Shown: positions 48,957-57,271, counted from the first letter of the stretch. The stretch: 64,000 nt of DNA from Alphaproteobacteria bacterium (GCA_034439955.1 JAWXBJ010000090.1:20881-84880), one strand, 5' to 3'. The notes: generated by a model from the sequence alone, not told the origin. Numbers and translations are program-made.

Positions 48957-50319
48957 TCTCGATGACCACCGGGCCGTCCGGTCCCGTCTTGATGTCGACG
49001 CCGTAAAAGCCGTCTCCGATCAGGTTGGCCGCGCGGACGCCCACATCAACCACGTCCGCAGGCGCCTCGGCAACGGAGAGCGACCGGAAGCCGCCCTCGA
49101 TCGAGCGGCCGTCCAGCTTGTGGTTGATGATCTGCCAGTGGCCGCGCGCCATCTTGTACTGGCAGACAAAGATCGCGCGCCGGTCCAGCACGCCCACGCG
49201 CCAGTCAAAATCGGTTGGCGTGAACTTCTGGGCGATGACGAGGTCGGTGTCTTCGAGAAAGTCATGAACGATGGTCCGCAGCTCGGCCATGTCGCCGGCC
49301 TTCTTGATTCCGCGCGAGAACGACCCGTCCGGGATCTTCAGCACGAGCGGGAAGCTCAGCCGGTCCGCGACTTCCACGAGGTTGGTCTTGTCCTGAACGA
49401 TCATGGTCTCGGGCGAGGGGAGGCCGGCGCCCGTGAGGCGCTCCCAAAGATAGACCTTGTTGGTGCACCGCATCATCGAGATCGGATCGTCGATGACCGG
49501 CATGCCCTCGGCCCAGGCCCGTCTGGCGAACCGGTAGGTATGATTGGTGATTGAGGTCGTCTCGCGGATGCAGAGCGCGTCGAATTCGGCCAGCTTGGCC
49601 AGGTCCTTCTTGGTGATCGGTTCGATCTCGACGCCGTCCTTTTCGGCGAGGCGGGCCCAGTGCTTGAGGGATTCGACGCTGGACGGCGCGAGCTGCTCGT
49701 TCGGATCGTAGAGAACGGCGATCGAGTGTTTCGCCACAGTTCGGGCCTTGGGCGATTTCCAGACCCTGCCTGTGTACTTCGTGAGGGCCTCGATAAAGAG
49801 CTTGAGGTCGTCGCCCTTGAGCTGGGTGAAGGGCGTCAGCTTGATGCGCTTGATCTTGACCCATGGCGAGCCATTCACGGCGGTCGTGACGACAAGGGCG
49901 GGCGCCCGATACCAGTCGAACAACAGGCGGCCGAAGCGCTTGAAACGTTCGTCCTCGGTCTCGCCAAAGCATATGACGATGCGCTCGGGGATGGCCAGCT
50001 TGTCGCTGGCCCTCGTCCGGTCCTTGTTGAGAGCCTCCTCGGGGTCGGGGACGGCCTCCTCCGATCCGTCGGCGTCGTAGAGGTCCAGCATCGTCTCGAC
50101 GCTCGGCACCACGCGGTGGCCGCGCGCTTCGGCCAGCAGCGACGCGTAGTAGCCGTCCGTCTGGTAGTTGTAGTTGCGGGTGAGGTTGATGATCTTCGGC
50201 CGCGACCCGGACAACAGCTTTGGCTGCAACACGTAGTCGCGCGTCGTCATCATGCGGAATGGCGCGCCAAGGGTCGCGAGATCACGCAGATCGTCCGCGA
50301 TCAGTATCCAGTCTCTCAT
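48853..50319 (-). CDS. RimK-type ATP-grasp amidoligase with N-terminal RLAN-like domain
   Basis: 488 aa. The N-terminus has NYNYQTDGYYASLLAEARGHRVVPSVETMLDL (RLAN-like). The C-terminal ATP-grasp has FPLVLKIPDGSFSRGI, DLVIAQKF and GVDIKTGPDGPVVIEINDNPNLEHGIED. The start overlaps the GNAT stop. Confidence 0.85.
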   Translation of the reverse strand: MRDWILIADDLRDLATLGAPFRMMTTRDYVLQPKLLSGSRPKIINLTRNYNYQTDGYYASLLAEARGHRVVPSVETMLDLYDADGSEEAVPDPEEALNKDRTRASDKLAIPERIVICFGETEDERFKRFGRLLFDWYRAPALVVTTAVNGSPWVKIKRIKLTPFTQLKGDDLKLFIEALTKYTGRVWKSPKARTVAKHSIAVLYDPNEQLAPSSVESLKHWARLAEKDGVEIEPITKKDLAKLAEFDALCIRETTSITNHTYRFARRAWAEGMPVIDDPISMMRCTNKVYLWERLTGAGLPSPETMIVQDKTNLVEVADRLSFPLVLKIPDGSFSRGIKKAGDMAELRTIVHDFLEDTDLVIAQKFTPTDFDWRVGVLDRRAIFVCQYKMARGHWQIINHKLDGRSIEGGFRSLSVAEAPADVVDVGVRAANLIGDGFYGVDIKTGPDGPVVIEINDNPNLEHGIEDASEKNAVWSHLTDWFVRRLNA

Positions 50320-50846
50320 GCGGCCCGGACCCCCGACCGCGCACCCAGCGGTTTTTCCAGACGCAATGCGGGCGATCCATCCTCGTAATAGTTTTCATGC
50401 CGCCCAAACTGCACATAGCCCAGCTTTCGATAAAGCCGGATGGCGGCGTCATTGTCGATCCGCACTTCGAGACGCAGGACCGAGCAACCCCTTCTCGATC
50501 CAGCAGCTTCGCAGGCATCGATGAGGGCTCTGGCAATGCCGGACCCGCGCGCTTCGGGTGCGGTGGCGATCGAATAGAGCCGGGCGATGCGCGTCGTCCG
50601 CCGGTAGAAAACCAGGCCATACCCCACGACGTCCAAATTAAGCTCGGCAACAAGCACGTCGCACGTCTCCGAGGCTATGTGATGGCTGAGACTGCGGCGA
50701 GACAGGCGATCGGCGACGAACGATGCCGCTTCGATCCGCTCCACGGACTCGATATCATTCAGTCTTGCGGCGCGAACCGCCACGCGCGACCCGGAGGGGT
50801 CCATGGAAATATCGCTCCAGCAACAAGGTCGCCGAATAACGCTCAT
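50316..50846 (-). CDS. GNAT-family N-acetyltransferase (RimI-like), translationally coupled to the ATP-grasp gene
   Basis: 176 aa with the acetyl-CoA motif RLYSIATAPEARGSGIARALIDACE and ND AAIRLYRKLGY. An alternative start (MDPSG) is at 50804. Confidence 0.85.
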   Translation of the reverse strand: MSVIRRPCCWSDISMDPSGSRVAVRAARLNDIESVERIEAASFVADRLSRRSLSHHIASETCDVLVAELNLDVVGYGLVFYRRTTRIARLYSIATAPEARGSGIARALIDACEAAGSRRGCSVLRLEVRIDNDAAIRLYRKLGYVQFGRHENYYEDGSPALRLEKPLGARSGVRAA

Positions 50847-51007
50847 GGGCGGGCACTGTCGAGTGTCTTTTGATTGAGCCTCTCAGGAAATCGCAGCGGG
50901 CTGTGGATGGCAGCGCCAAAGCGACCAGAATCCCTGCGCCACATGCTGAAACCCTTGTCGTCAGCCAAGCGTATTGCAATGGGGCCAGAAGGAGACAAAG
51001 GGCGCTA

Positions 51008-51214
51008 ATGGAACGCAAGATCGAGGCGACAAGGCGGAGCATGCAGGTACACGCGGAGCTGGCTGTCCGGCTCATGGACATCATGTTGCGAACCACAAGG
51101 CCCGAGGAAAAGATCCAGGCAGAGCACCGGCTTGAACTGATCGAACGCACACTTTGGCGCAACCACGCCACGCTCCGGCGTTTGAGGGCCGACCCGCGCG
51201 CCCCGCCGGTTTAG
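51008..51214 (+). CDS. Hypothetical small helical protein (68 aa)
   Basis: MERKIEATRRSMQVHAELAVRLMDIMLRTTRPEEKIQAEHRLELIERTLWRNHATLRRL. It is divergent from the GNAT/ATP-grasp operon, and its stop overlaps the hemB stop by 4 nt. I recognise no family. Confidence 0.3.
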   Translation: MERKIEATRRSMQVHAELAVRLMDIMLRTTRPEEKIQAEHRLELIERTLWRNHATLRRLRADPRAPPV

Positions 51215-52215
51215 CCAAGCAGCTCGGCCGCGCGCTCGGCGAAATAGGTAATGACCCCTGCGGCGCCTGCCCGCTTGAAGCATGACATCGTCTCGATGAT
51301 GGCGCGATCTTCGTCGAGCCAGCCCTCGCGCGCCCCGGCCTTGATCTGCGCGTATTCTCCGGAAATCTGGAAGGCGAGCGTTGGCACGCCAAATTCCGCC
51401 GAGACGCGCTGCACGATGTCGAGGTAGGGAAGGCCCGGCTTCACCATCACCATGTCGGCGCCTTCCTCGATGTCCATGGCGACCTCGCGCAGAGCCTCCT
51501 CGGTGTTGCCGAAGTCCATCTGATAGGTTTTCTTGTCGCCCTTGAGTACCGCCGAGGTGCCGACCGCGTCGCGGTAGGGGCCATAGAAGGCCGAGGCGTA
51601 TTTGGCGGCGTAGGACAGGATCATCACCCGCTCGAAGCCTTCGCTGTCGAGGTGATCGCGAATGGCGCCGATCCGGCCATCCATCATGTCCGAGGGCGCG
51701 ACGATGTCGGCGCCGGCCCGGGCCTGCACGAGCGCCTGTTCGGTGAGCGCCCCGACGGTTTCATCGTTCACGACATAACCGGTCTCATCCAGCAGCCCGT
51801 CATGACCGTGGCTGGTGAACGGGTCGAGCGCGACATCGCAGGCGACGCCTATGTCCGGCGCGGCCGCCTTGATGGCCTTGATGACGTTGGGGATCAGTCC
51901 GTCCGGATTGCCGGCCTCCGACCCGGCCTCGTCTTTCCTGGCGGCGTTGATGTGTGGAAAGATTGCGAAGGCCGGTATCCCGAGCTCGCGCGCCCGGACA
52001 GCCATCCGGGCGGCCTCGTCAATGTTGAGGCGGTCAAGCCCCGGCATCGATTTCACCGGGATGCGTTTTTCCGCGCCGTCATGGACGATCATGCCCCAGA
52101 CGATGTCGTCTGGCGTCGGACGGGTCTCGCGCACGAGCCGCCGCGTCCAGTCATTCTGTCTCAGGCGGCGAAGGCGGGTCGCTGGGAAAGCGCCGGTGAC
52201 GATCGATCGGGGCAT
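51211..52215 (-). CDS. hemB: Porphobilinogen synthase (delta-aminolevulinate dehydratase)
   Basis: 334 aa with TRLRRLRQNDWTRRLVRE, VMVKPGLPYLDIV and GEYAQIKAGA. Confidence 0.96.
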   Translation of the reverse strand: MPRSIVTGAFPATRLRRLRQNDWTRRLVRETRPTPDDIVWGMIVHDGAEKRIPVKSMPGLDRLNIDEAARMAVRARELGIPAFAIFPHINAARKDEAGSEAGNPDGLIPNVIKAIKAAAPDIGVACDVALDPFTSHGHDGLLDETGYVVNDETVGALTEQALVQARAGADIVAPSDMMDGRIGAIRDHLDSEGFERVMILSYAAKYASAFYGPYRDAVGTSAVLKGDKKTYQMDFGNTEEALREVAMDIEEGADMVMVKPGLPYLDIVQRVSAEFGVPTLAFQISGEYAQIKAGAREGWLDEDRAIIETMSCFKRAGAAGVITYFAERAAELLG

Positions 52216-52279
52216 GACTTCCTCGCTCGCTGGACGCCATCGGGCGGAACGCTGTCGTCCGCCAGCCCGACTTGAATTG

Positions 52280-52846
52280 TCAGCGATCGGTTGCGGCCTT
52301 TACCGGTCGCTGCATAAAGCATCTCAGCCGGACGTCCATGGTCAGCGTCTGGAGCTGCCGGATGTCGCGCTGCCAGTCTGCCAGCCGCCACTCCGGAATC
52401 TCACGGAAGCCCAGCTTGCGGTAAAAGGGACCGTTCCACGGCACTTTCCGAAACGTCGAGAGCGAGATTCGCCTGTGGGTCCGGCTTTCGGCTTCCTGGA
52501 ACGCCCGCCGCACCAGCCTGCCGCCGAGGCCTTGCCGGCCGTGTCGCGGCATGACCGAGAGCTGGTCGAGGTAAAGGTCCGCCCCGCGGTCGGAACAGAG
52601 CGCAAAGCCCGCCAGCTCCTCCATCTCATCGACCGCGACCCAGACCAGCCCGTCTCCGAAGCCCTTTCTCAGGCGATCCTCGGGGATGGGCTCGCCCGGC
52701 TCGCCAGAGGGTCCGAAGTCGATGAGGCCGCTGCCCCGGAAAAGGGTCGCGGAGGCGAGATCGATGTTCTGGAGTTCCCCCACCTCGTTCCCGCGCGCGG
52801 GGCGGATACGATATTGCGGGGCCGTTTCTGAGATCAGGGTCGCCAT
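52280..52846 (-). CDS. GNAT-family N-acetyltransferase
   Basis: 188 aa with YLDQLSVMPRHGRQGLGGRLVRRAFQEA (acetyl-CoA binding motif) and FYRKLGF. Confidence 0.8.
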   Translation of the reverse strand: MATLISETAPQYRIRPARGNEVGELQNIDLASATLFRGSGLIDFGPSGEPGEPIPEDRLRKGFGDGLVWVAVDEMEELAGFALCSDRGADLYLDQLSVMPRHGRQGLGGRLVRRAFQEAESRTHRRISLSTFRKVPWNGPFYRKLGFREIPEWRLADWQRDIRQLQTLTMDVRLRCFMQRPVKAATDR

Positions 52847-52962
52847 CGGATCTTTGCCAGCCTGTGCGCCAGTCTTGGGGAGGTCTATAGGAGAAACATC
52901 GGTTCGGACTTGCTAAGCAAGCCTGAAGAGTAACGCACGCCGCCGCGTCGGGAACAGGGCAG

Positions 52963-54117
52963 ATGACAGCTGAATTCACTGACGAGCAAAGGCTGATTCG
53001 CGAGACGGCGTCTTCCTTTGCGACCGCTCGCCTTCGGCCGTTCGCGGCGCAATGGGATGAAAACAAACACTTTCCTGTGGACGTCATCCGCTCCACCGCC
53101 GAACTCGGTCTGGCGGGACTTTATGTCGGTGAGGATGTGGGCGGCTCCGGCCTCAGCCGGCTCGATGCCGTGATTGTGTTCGAGCAGCTTTCGATGGGCT
53201 GCGTCTCCACCGCCGCCTTCCTTTCCATCCACAACATGTGCGCCGGCATGATCGACCGCTTCGGGACGGAAGAGATGCGCCGGGAATGGCTGCCCCGCCT
53301 CACCTCGATGGAGCTGATGGCGAGCTACTGCCTCACCGAGCCAGGGTCGGGGTCGGACGCGGCGGCCCTGCGCACACAGGCGGTCCGGCATCGCGGCGCC
53401 AAAGACGAGGGAGACTATGTCCTCAACGGCTCCAAGGCCTTCATTTCGGGCGCCGGGGCAAGCGACCTCTATGTCGTGATGACCCGGACAGGCGCCGACG
53501 GCCCGAATGGCGTCTCGGCGTTTCTCGTTCTGGCGACGGACAGGGGCGTCTCGTTTGGCGCTGCCGAAAAGAAGATGGGCTGGCATTCCCAGCCGACCCG
53601 CGCCGTGATCCTGGAGGATGTCCGCATTCCGGCCAGCCGGCGGATCGGGGCGGAAGGCGACGGCTTCCGCTTCGCCATGGCGGGGCTGGACGGCGGGCGC
53701 CTCAACATCGCCGCGTGTTCGCTTGGCGGCATGCAGGAGGCGCTGGACAGGACGCTGGCCTATACCAGAGAGCGCCGCCAGTTCGGCCAGGCCATCGCCG
53801 ATTTCCAGACCGTCCAGTTCAGACTCGCCGACATGGAGACCGAGACGCAGGCCGCCCGCGTGATGCTGTATGCGGCGGCGCGGGCGCTGGATGCAAAAGC
53901 GCCTGACGCCACGCGCTGGTGCGCCATGGCCAAGCGCTTTGTGACGGACACGGGGTTCAAGGTCGCCAACGACGCTTTGCAGCTTCATGGCGGCTATGGC
54001 TATCTCGCGGACTACGGGATCGAGCGCATCGTCCGCGACCTGCGCGTGCACCAGATTCTCGAAGGCACGAACGAGATCATGCGGGTGATCATCTCGCGCG
54101 ACATGCTGAAGCAGTAG
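52963..54117 (+). CDS. Acyl-CoA dehydrogenase, isobutyryl-CoA dehydrogenase-like
   Basis: 384 aa with CLTEPGSGSDAAAL and QLHGGYGYLADYGIERIVRDLRVHQILEGTNEIMR. It is followed by a 3-hydroxyisobutyryl-CoA hydrolase-like gene. Confidence 0.88.
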   Translation: MTAEFTDEQRLIRETASSFATARLRPFAAQWDENKHFPVDVIRSTAELGLAGLYVGEDVGGSGLSRLDAVIVFEQLSMGCVSTAAFLSIHNMCAGMIDRFGTEEMRREWLPRLTSMELMASYCLTEPGSGSDAAALRTQAVRHRGAKDEGDYVLNGSKAFISGAGASDLYVVMTRTGADGPNGVSAFLVLATDRGVSFGAAEKKMGWHSQPTRAVILEDVRIPASRRIGAEGDGFRFAMAGLDGGRLNIAACSLGGMQEALDRTLAYTRERRQFGQAIADFQTVQFRLADMETETQAARVMLYAAARALDAKAPDATRWCAMAKRFVTDTGFKVANDALQLHGGYGYLADYGIERIVRDLRVHQILEGTNEIMRVIISRDMLKQ

Positions 54118-55146
54118 ATGGCAGACGTCATCATCCACCGACAGGGCGTCGCCGGGCGCATCACGCTCAACCGCCCATCGGCGCTGCACGCCCTCAACGA
54201 GGAGATGTGCCTCGCCATGGACGCCGCCCTGATCGCCTGGCGCGACGATCCCGAGATCGAGCTGGTGGTGATCGACCATGCTGACGGCACAAGGGGCTTC
54301 TGCGCCGGCGGCGACATCCGCATGCTGGCCGAAAGCGGTGCAGCCGATAGCTCGGCGGCGATGGCGTTCTTCGCGGCCGAGTACCGGCTGAATGCGCGCA
54401 TCAAGAACTACCCCAAGCCCTATGTCGCCTTCATGGACGGCGTCACCATGGGCGGCGGCGTTGGCATCAGCGTCCACGGCTCGCACCGTGTCGCGACGGA
54501 GCGCACGAACTTCGCCATGCCTGAGACGGGCATCGGTCTTTTTCCGGACGTTGGCGGCGGCTGGTTCCTGCCGCGCCTTGGCCCACCGCTCGGCATGTGG
54601 CTGGCGCTCACCGGCGAGCGGCTGAAGGGCGGCGATGTTGTGGCGGCAGGGATCGGCACCCACTTCGTCGAGGCGGCGGTGACCGGCGTCGTCAAGGACT
54701 CGATCTGCGAGGGGGGCCTTGCGCTGCTCGACGCGATGGACTGGGACGAGACCGCCACGTTCGAGACCTATATCGACGCGATCCAGCGCTGTTTCTGGAA
54801 GCCGGGCGTCGAGGAAATCTTCGCGGCTCTGGAGGAGGAAGGCGGAGAATGGGCGGCCCGCCAGCTCGCGACCCTGAAAACCAAATCGCCCCAGACGCTG
54901 AAGGTCGCGCATCGCCAGCTGGCGCTCGGCCTCCACGCCAGGACGTTCGAGGACAATATGCGGATGGAGTTTCGCATCGGCTCGCGGGTCGTCTCGCGCC
55001 ATGATTTCCAGGAGGGCGTCCGAGCCATCATCATCGACAAGGACAATGCGCCGGCCTGGAATCCGGCGACGCTTTCTGGCGTGACCGACGAGATGCTGGA
55101 CGAAATCTTCGCCCCGCTGGATGGCGGCGAGCTTCAGTTCGATTGA
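54118..55146 (+). CDS. Enoyl-CoA hydratase/isomerase family, 3-hydroxyisobutyryl-CoA hydrolase-like
   Basis: 342 aa with ITLNRPSALHALN, FCAGGDIR and KPYVAFMDGVTMGGGVGISVHGSHRVATERTNFAMPETGIGLFPDVGG. Confidence 0.85.
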   Translation: MADVIIHRQGVAGRITLNRPSALHALNEEMCLAMDAALIAWRDDPEIELVVIDHADGTRGFCAGGDIRMLAESGAADSSAAMAFFAAEYRLNARIKNYPKPYVAFMDGVTMGGGVGISVHGSHRVATERTNFAMPETGIGLFPDVGGGWFLPRLGPPLGMWLALTGERLKGGDVVAAGIGTHFVEAAVTGVVKDSICEGGLALLDAMDWDETATFETYIDAIQRCFWKPGVEEIFAALEEEGGEWAARQLATLKTKSPQTLKVAHRQLALGLHARTFEDNMRMEFRIGSRVVSRHDFQEGVRAIIIDKDNAPAWNPATLSGVTDEMLDEIFAPLDGGELQFD

Positions 55147-55394
55147 CTGGCACTCCCCGCGCTTTGGCTCCACTAGACTTCTGAGTGAGGCATGAGACCT
55201 CGCCAGATACGTCAAACTTCGAAAGGGGCGTTTACTTCCCGCTCACAATAAAGAACAAATCTAAACTGCCGGAAATCTAAGATAAACTACAACAAAATTG
55301 TCTTTCTTAGCGATTGTTTAGCCATCCCCATGTAGTGTCATCATCAAGCCCAGACAAAACGGGCGCGACACAAAAAACAAGAATAGTGGTGGTG

Positions 55395-55895
55395 ATGATG
55401 TTGAACGCGAAAGTCCGGGTCGCTGGCAATGAAGACGTTGTCGAGCAGTCCTTCCTGAAGGCTCTCTCCTTGCTGGAGCAGGCGCATCGCCGCCTGCATG
55501 ACGTCGTCAAGGACAATCTGGAGCGGGGCGGCGAGCGCTCGCTGACCGGCGTTCAGGCCCTCCTGATCTATGAGATCGGCGAGACCGAAACGCCTGCCAG
55601 CGCGCTGCGCGCTCGCGGGTCCTTCGCCGGCACATCGATGTCCTACAACGTCAAGAAACTTCAGGATGGCGGTTATCTCATCCAGACCCGCTCCAGCGAC
55701 GATCGCCGCACGGTTCGTCTCAAGCTGACGCCTTCGGGCAAGGCTGTCCGCGCCCGCGTCGCGCAACTCTTCGAGAAGCAGGCCTCGGCGCTTGAGCCGA
55801 CCGCCAGCGTTCGCGCGGACGATCTGGAACAGTTCAACAAGACGGTCGCCCGCCTGGAACGCTTCTGGTCCGACCAGATCCGCTACCAGCTCTGA
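55395..55895 (+). CDS. MarR-family winged-helix transcriptional regulator
   Basis: About 166 aa: LTGVQALLIYEIGETETPASALRARGSFAGTSMSYNVKKLQDGGYLIQTRSSDDRRTVRLKLTPSG. It is preceded by an AT-rich region. Confidence 0.8.
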   Translation: MMLNAKVRVAGNEDVVEQSFLKALSLLEQAHRRLHDVVKDNLERGGERSLTGVQALLIYEIGETETPASALRARGSFAGTSMSYNVKKLQDGGYLIQTRSSDDRRTVRLKLTPSGKAVRARVAQLFEKQASALEPTASVRADDLEQFNKTVARLERFWSDQIRYQL

Positions 55896-56077
55896 TCGGT
55901 CGTCAGAAGTCCTTCAGCGCCCGCCTCGTGCTCCGACAGGTTTAGCATGAGGCGGTTTGTCAAAATCATCCTGATCCGCCTTCAGATGAAATCGTCTGAA
56001 GGCGGCTGATGTGGTCATCCGGCCAGACCCGGAGCAACTGGCGCAAGACTGGTTGTCAAAAGACTGGATCGGCCTCT

Positions 56078-56116
56078 CCGCCGGCCTCGCCTTGCGAGCG
56101 CCGGCGGTTTTGTTTT
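56078..56116 (+). terminator. Orphan plus-strand rho-independent terminator
   Basis: CCGCCGGC (56078-56085) pairs with GCCGGCGG (56100-56107) around a 14-nt loop, followed by TTTTGTTTT. It lies ~210 nt downstream of the MarR stop and abuts the stop of the convergent gene. Confidence 0.5.
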
Positions 56117-57042
56117 CACGGTTTCGCTTTCATAGCCCGCGTCTCGACCACACGGGCGCCAGAAAGAATGTTGGCGAGCGAGTAGTTGCCCTCATGGCAG
56201 CTTGCTTCGAACATGCGCGCCTTGGTGCGGACCAGAGTGAACGCGACGCGCATCGGGGCGATAAACATGCCGGAGTCCTCAAGTGTATATTCGTATGAAA
56301 GTTCGTTAGGTTCACTGAAACGCAGGCTCTCGGTGAGTTTTCGTATTGCTTGCCCTTCCGTCCCCGGCGGAGAGGCAGGATCGGGGCGAAGCAGTCTTGT
56401 TTCTATGACCAGGACATCGCCTTCCCAGTGACCGGTCGATTCGCCCATAGTCGACACAAGCGCTGCTGGTCTATTCCGAGCGACAAAGGCGATGATCCGC
56501 GCTTCAGCCATGTCTTCGGTGTTGATCACGACATGATCGTCCGTTTGGACGATCAACCTGTTCATGTTGCCGGGCGAGATCGAGAGCGGTGTGTTTCCGG
56601 GACCGCGTATGCATCGTTCCCAAAGGTTGCGAGCCTCCGGGTCTTCCGCCCGATCGCGAACATCCTTGATGGTCTTCGCCCAGTCCCGGGCCTCTGGGGT
56701 CAGCGGAAGTTTTCCGTCCGCCGGCTCGACAATCAGTGACGTGCGGAAGCCGCCGCCAGCCGCCGGCATCAAGGTTCCCCAGTCGAAGTCCTCATCGGGA
56801 TGAAGACCTGTCAAGGCGGCAGCGCGCTTGTCCAATGCTGCGATGAGGCCCCGGACCTGCTCGGCATGGACAATGGGACCATCGGCCTCATCCAAGCGTT
56901 CGAGCGGCGTTCGCCACCTGCTTTCCCATACGCCGTGGAAGTCGGGGCGTCCGTCGGTGGTGCGGGGGATGTCATGCGACTGCGCATGGGCCTGAGCGAC
57001 CGACCCAACCAGAGTCGCCAGAACCAGAAGCCGCTTCAACAT
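56116..57042 (-). CDS. Exported hypothetical protein
   Basis: 308 aa with the signal peptide MLKRLLVLATLVGSVAQAHA and a conserved-looking C-terminus, FEASCHEGNYSLANILSGARV. I cannot name a family. Confidence 0.65.
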   Translation of the reverse strand: MLKRLLVLATLVGSVAQAHAQSHDIPRTTDGRPDFHGVWESRWRTPLERLDEADGPIVHAEQVRGLIAALDKRAAALTGLHPDEDFDWGTLMPAAGGGFRTSLIVEPADGKLPLTPEARDWAKTIKDVRDRAEDPEARNLWERCIRGPGNTPLSISPGNMNRLIVQTDDHVVINTEDMAEARIIAFVARNRPAALVSTMGESTGHWEGDVLVIETRLLRPDPASPPGTEGQAIRKLTESLRFSEPNELSYEYTLEDSGMFIAPMRVAFTLVRTKARMFEASCHEGNYSLANILSGARVVETRAMKAKP

Positions 57043-57123
57043 GATCCTGTCCCCGCCCCGGTCGGGGCGATGGGATTATTGCTCAATCGCATCGGGGCGG
57101 CCAGTGGCTGACAGACCCCGCAG

Positions 57124-57140
57124 TTGCGAACCGTTCGCAA
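57124..57140. promoter_or_regulatory. Perfect 17-bp palindrome upstream of hemA (Irr/ICE-like core GAA-N3-TTC)
   Basis: TTGCGAAC-C-GTTCGCAA at 57124-57140, 132 nt upstream of the hemA ATG, in the divergent intergenic region. Confidence 0.4.
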
Positions 57141-57271
57141 AAAATCCAGAGATGTGAAGGCGCTACACGCAGTTGCGTTTGACATGCGTCTAGGAAAGGA
57201 GAGGCTTGGGCGCTAACTTGAACGTCACGCGCCCGGCAGAAGCGTGCATGTCGGCCAAAGAGAAACGACCC

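Noticed and set aside
52885-55215. 776-aa minus-strand ORF spanning the acyl-CoA dehydrogenase and hydrolase genes.
   Set aside because: It is antisense to two genes with unmistakable family motifs. Its translation is Arg/Ala/Gly/His/Asp-rich with no recognisable domain. Long stop-free antisense frames are expected in GC-rich DNA.
57206-57271. TTG start at 57206 for hemA, with an AAGGAGAGG sequence just upstream.
   Set aside because: SD-to-TTG spacing is only ~1-4 nt. The extra 22 aa have no counterpart in [27 protein letters not shown] from ATG 57272 aligns position for position with known ALAS N-termini. It remains possible, but I did not adopt it.
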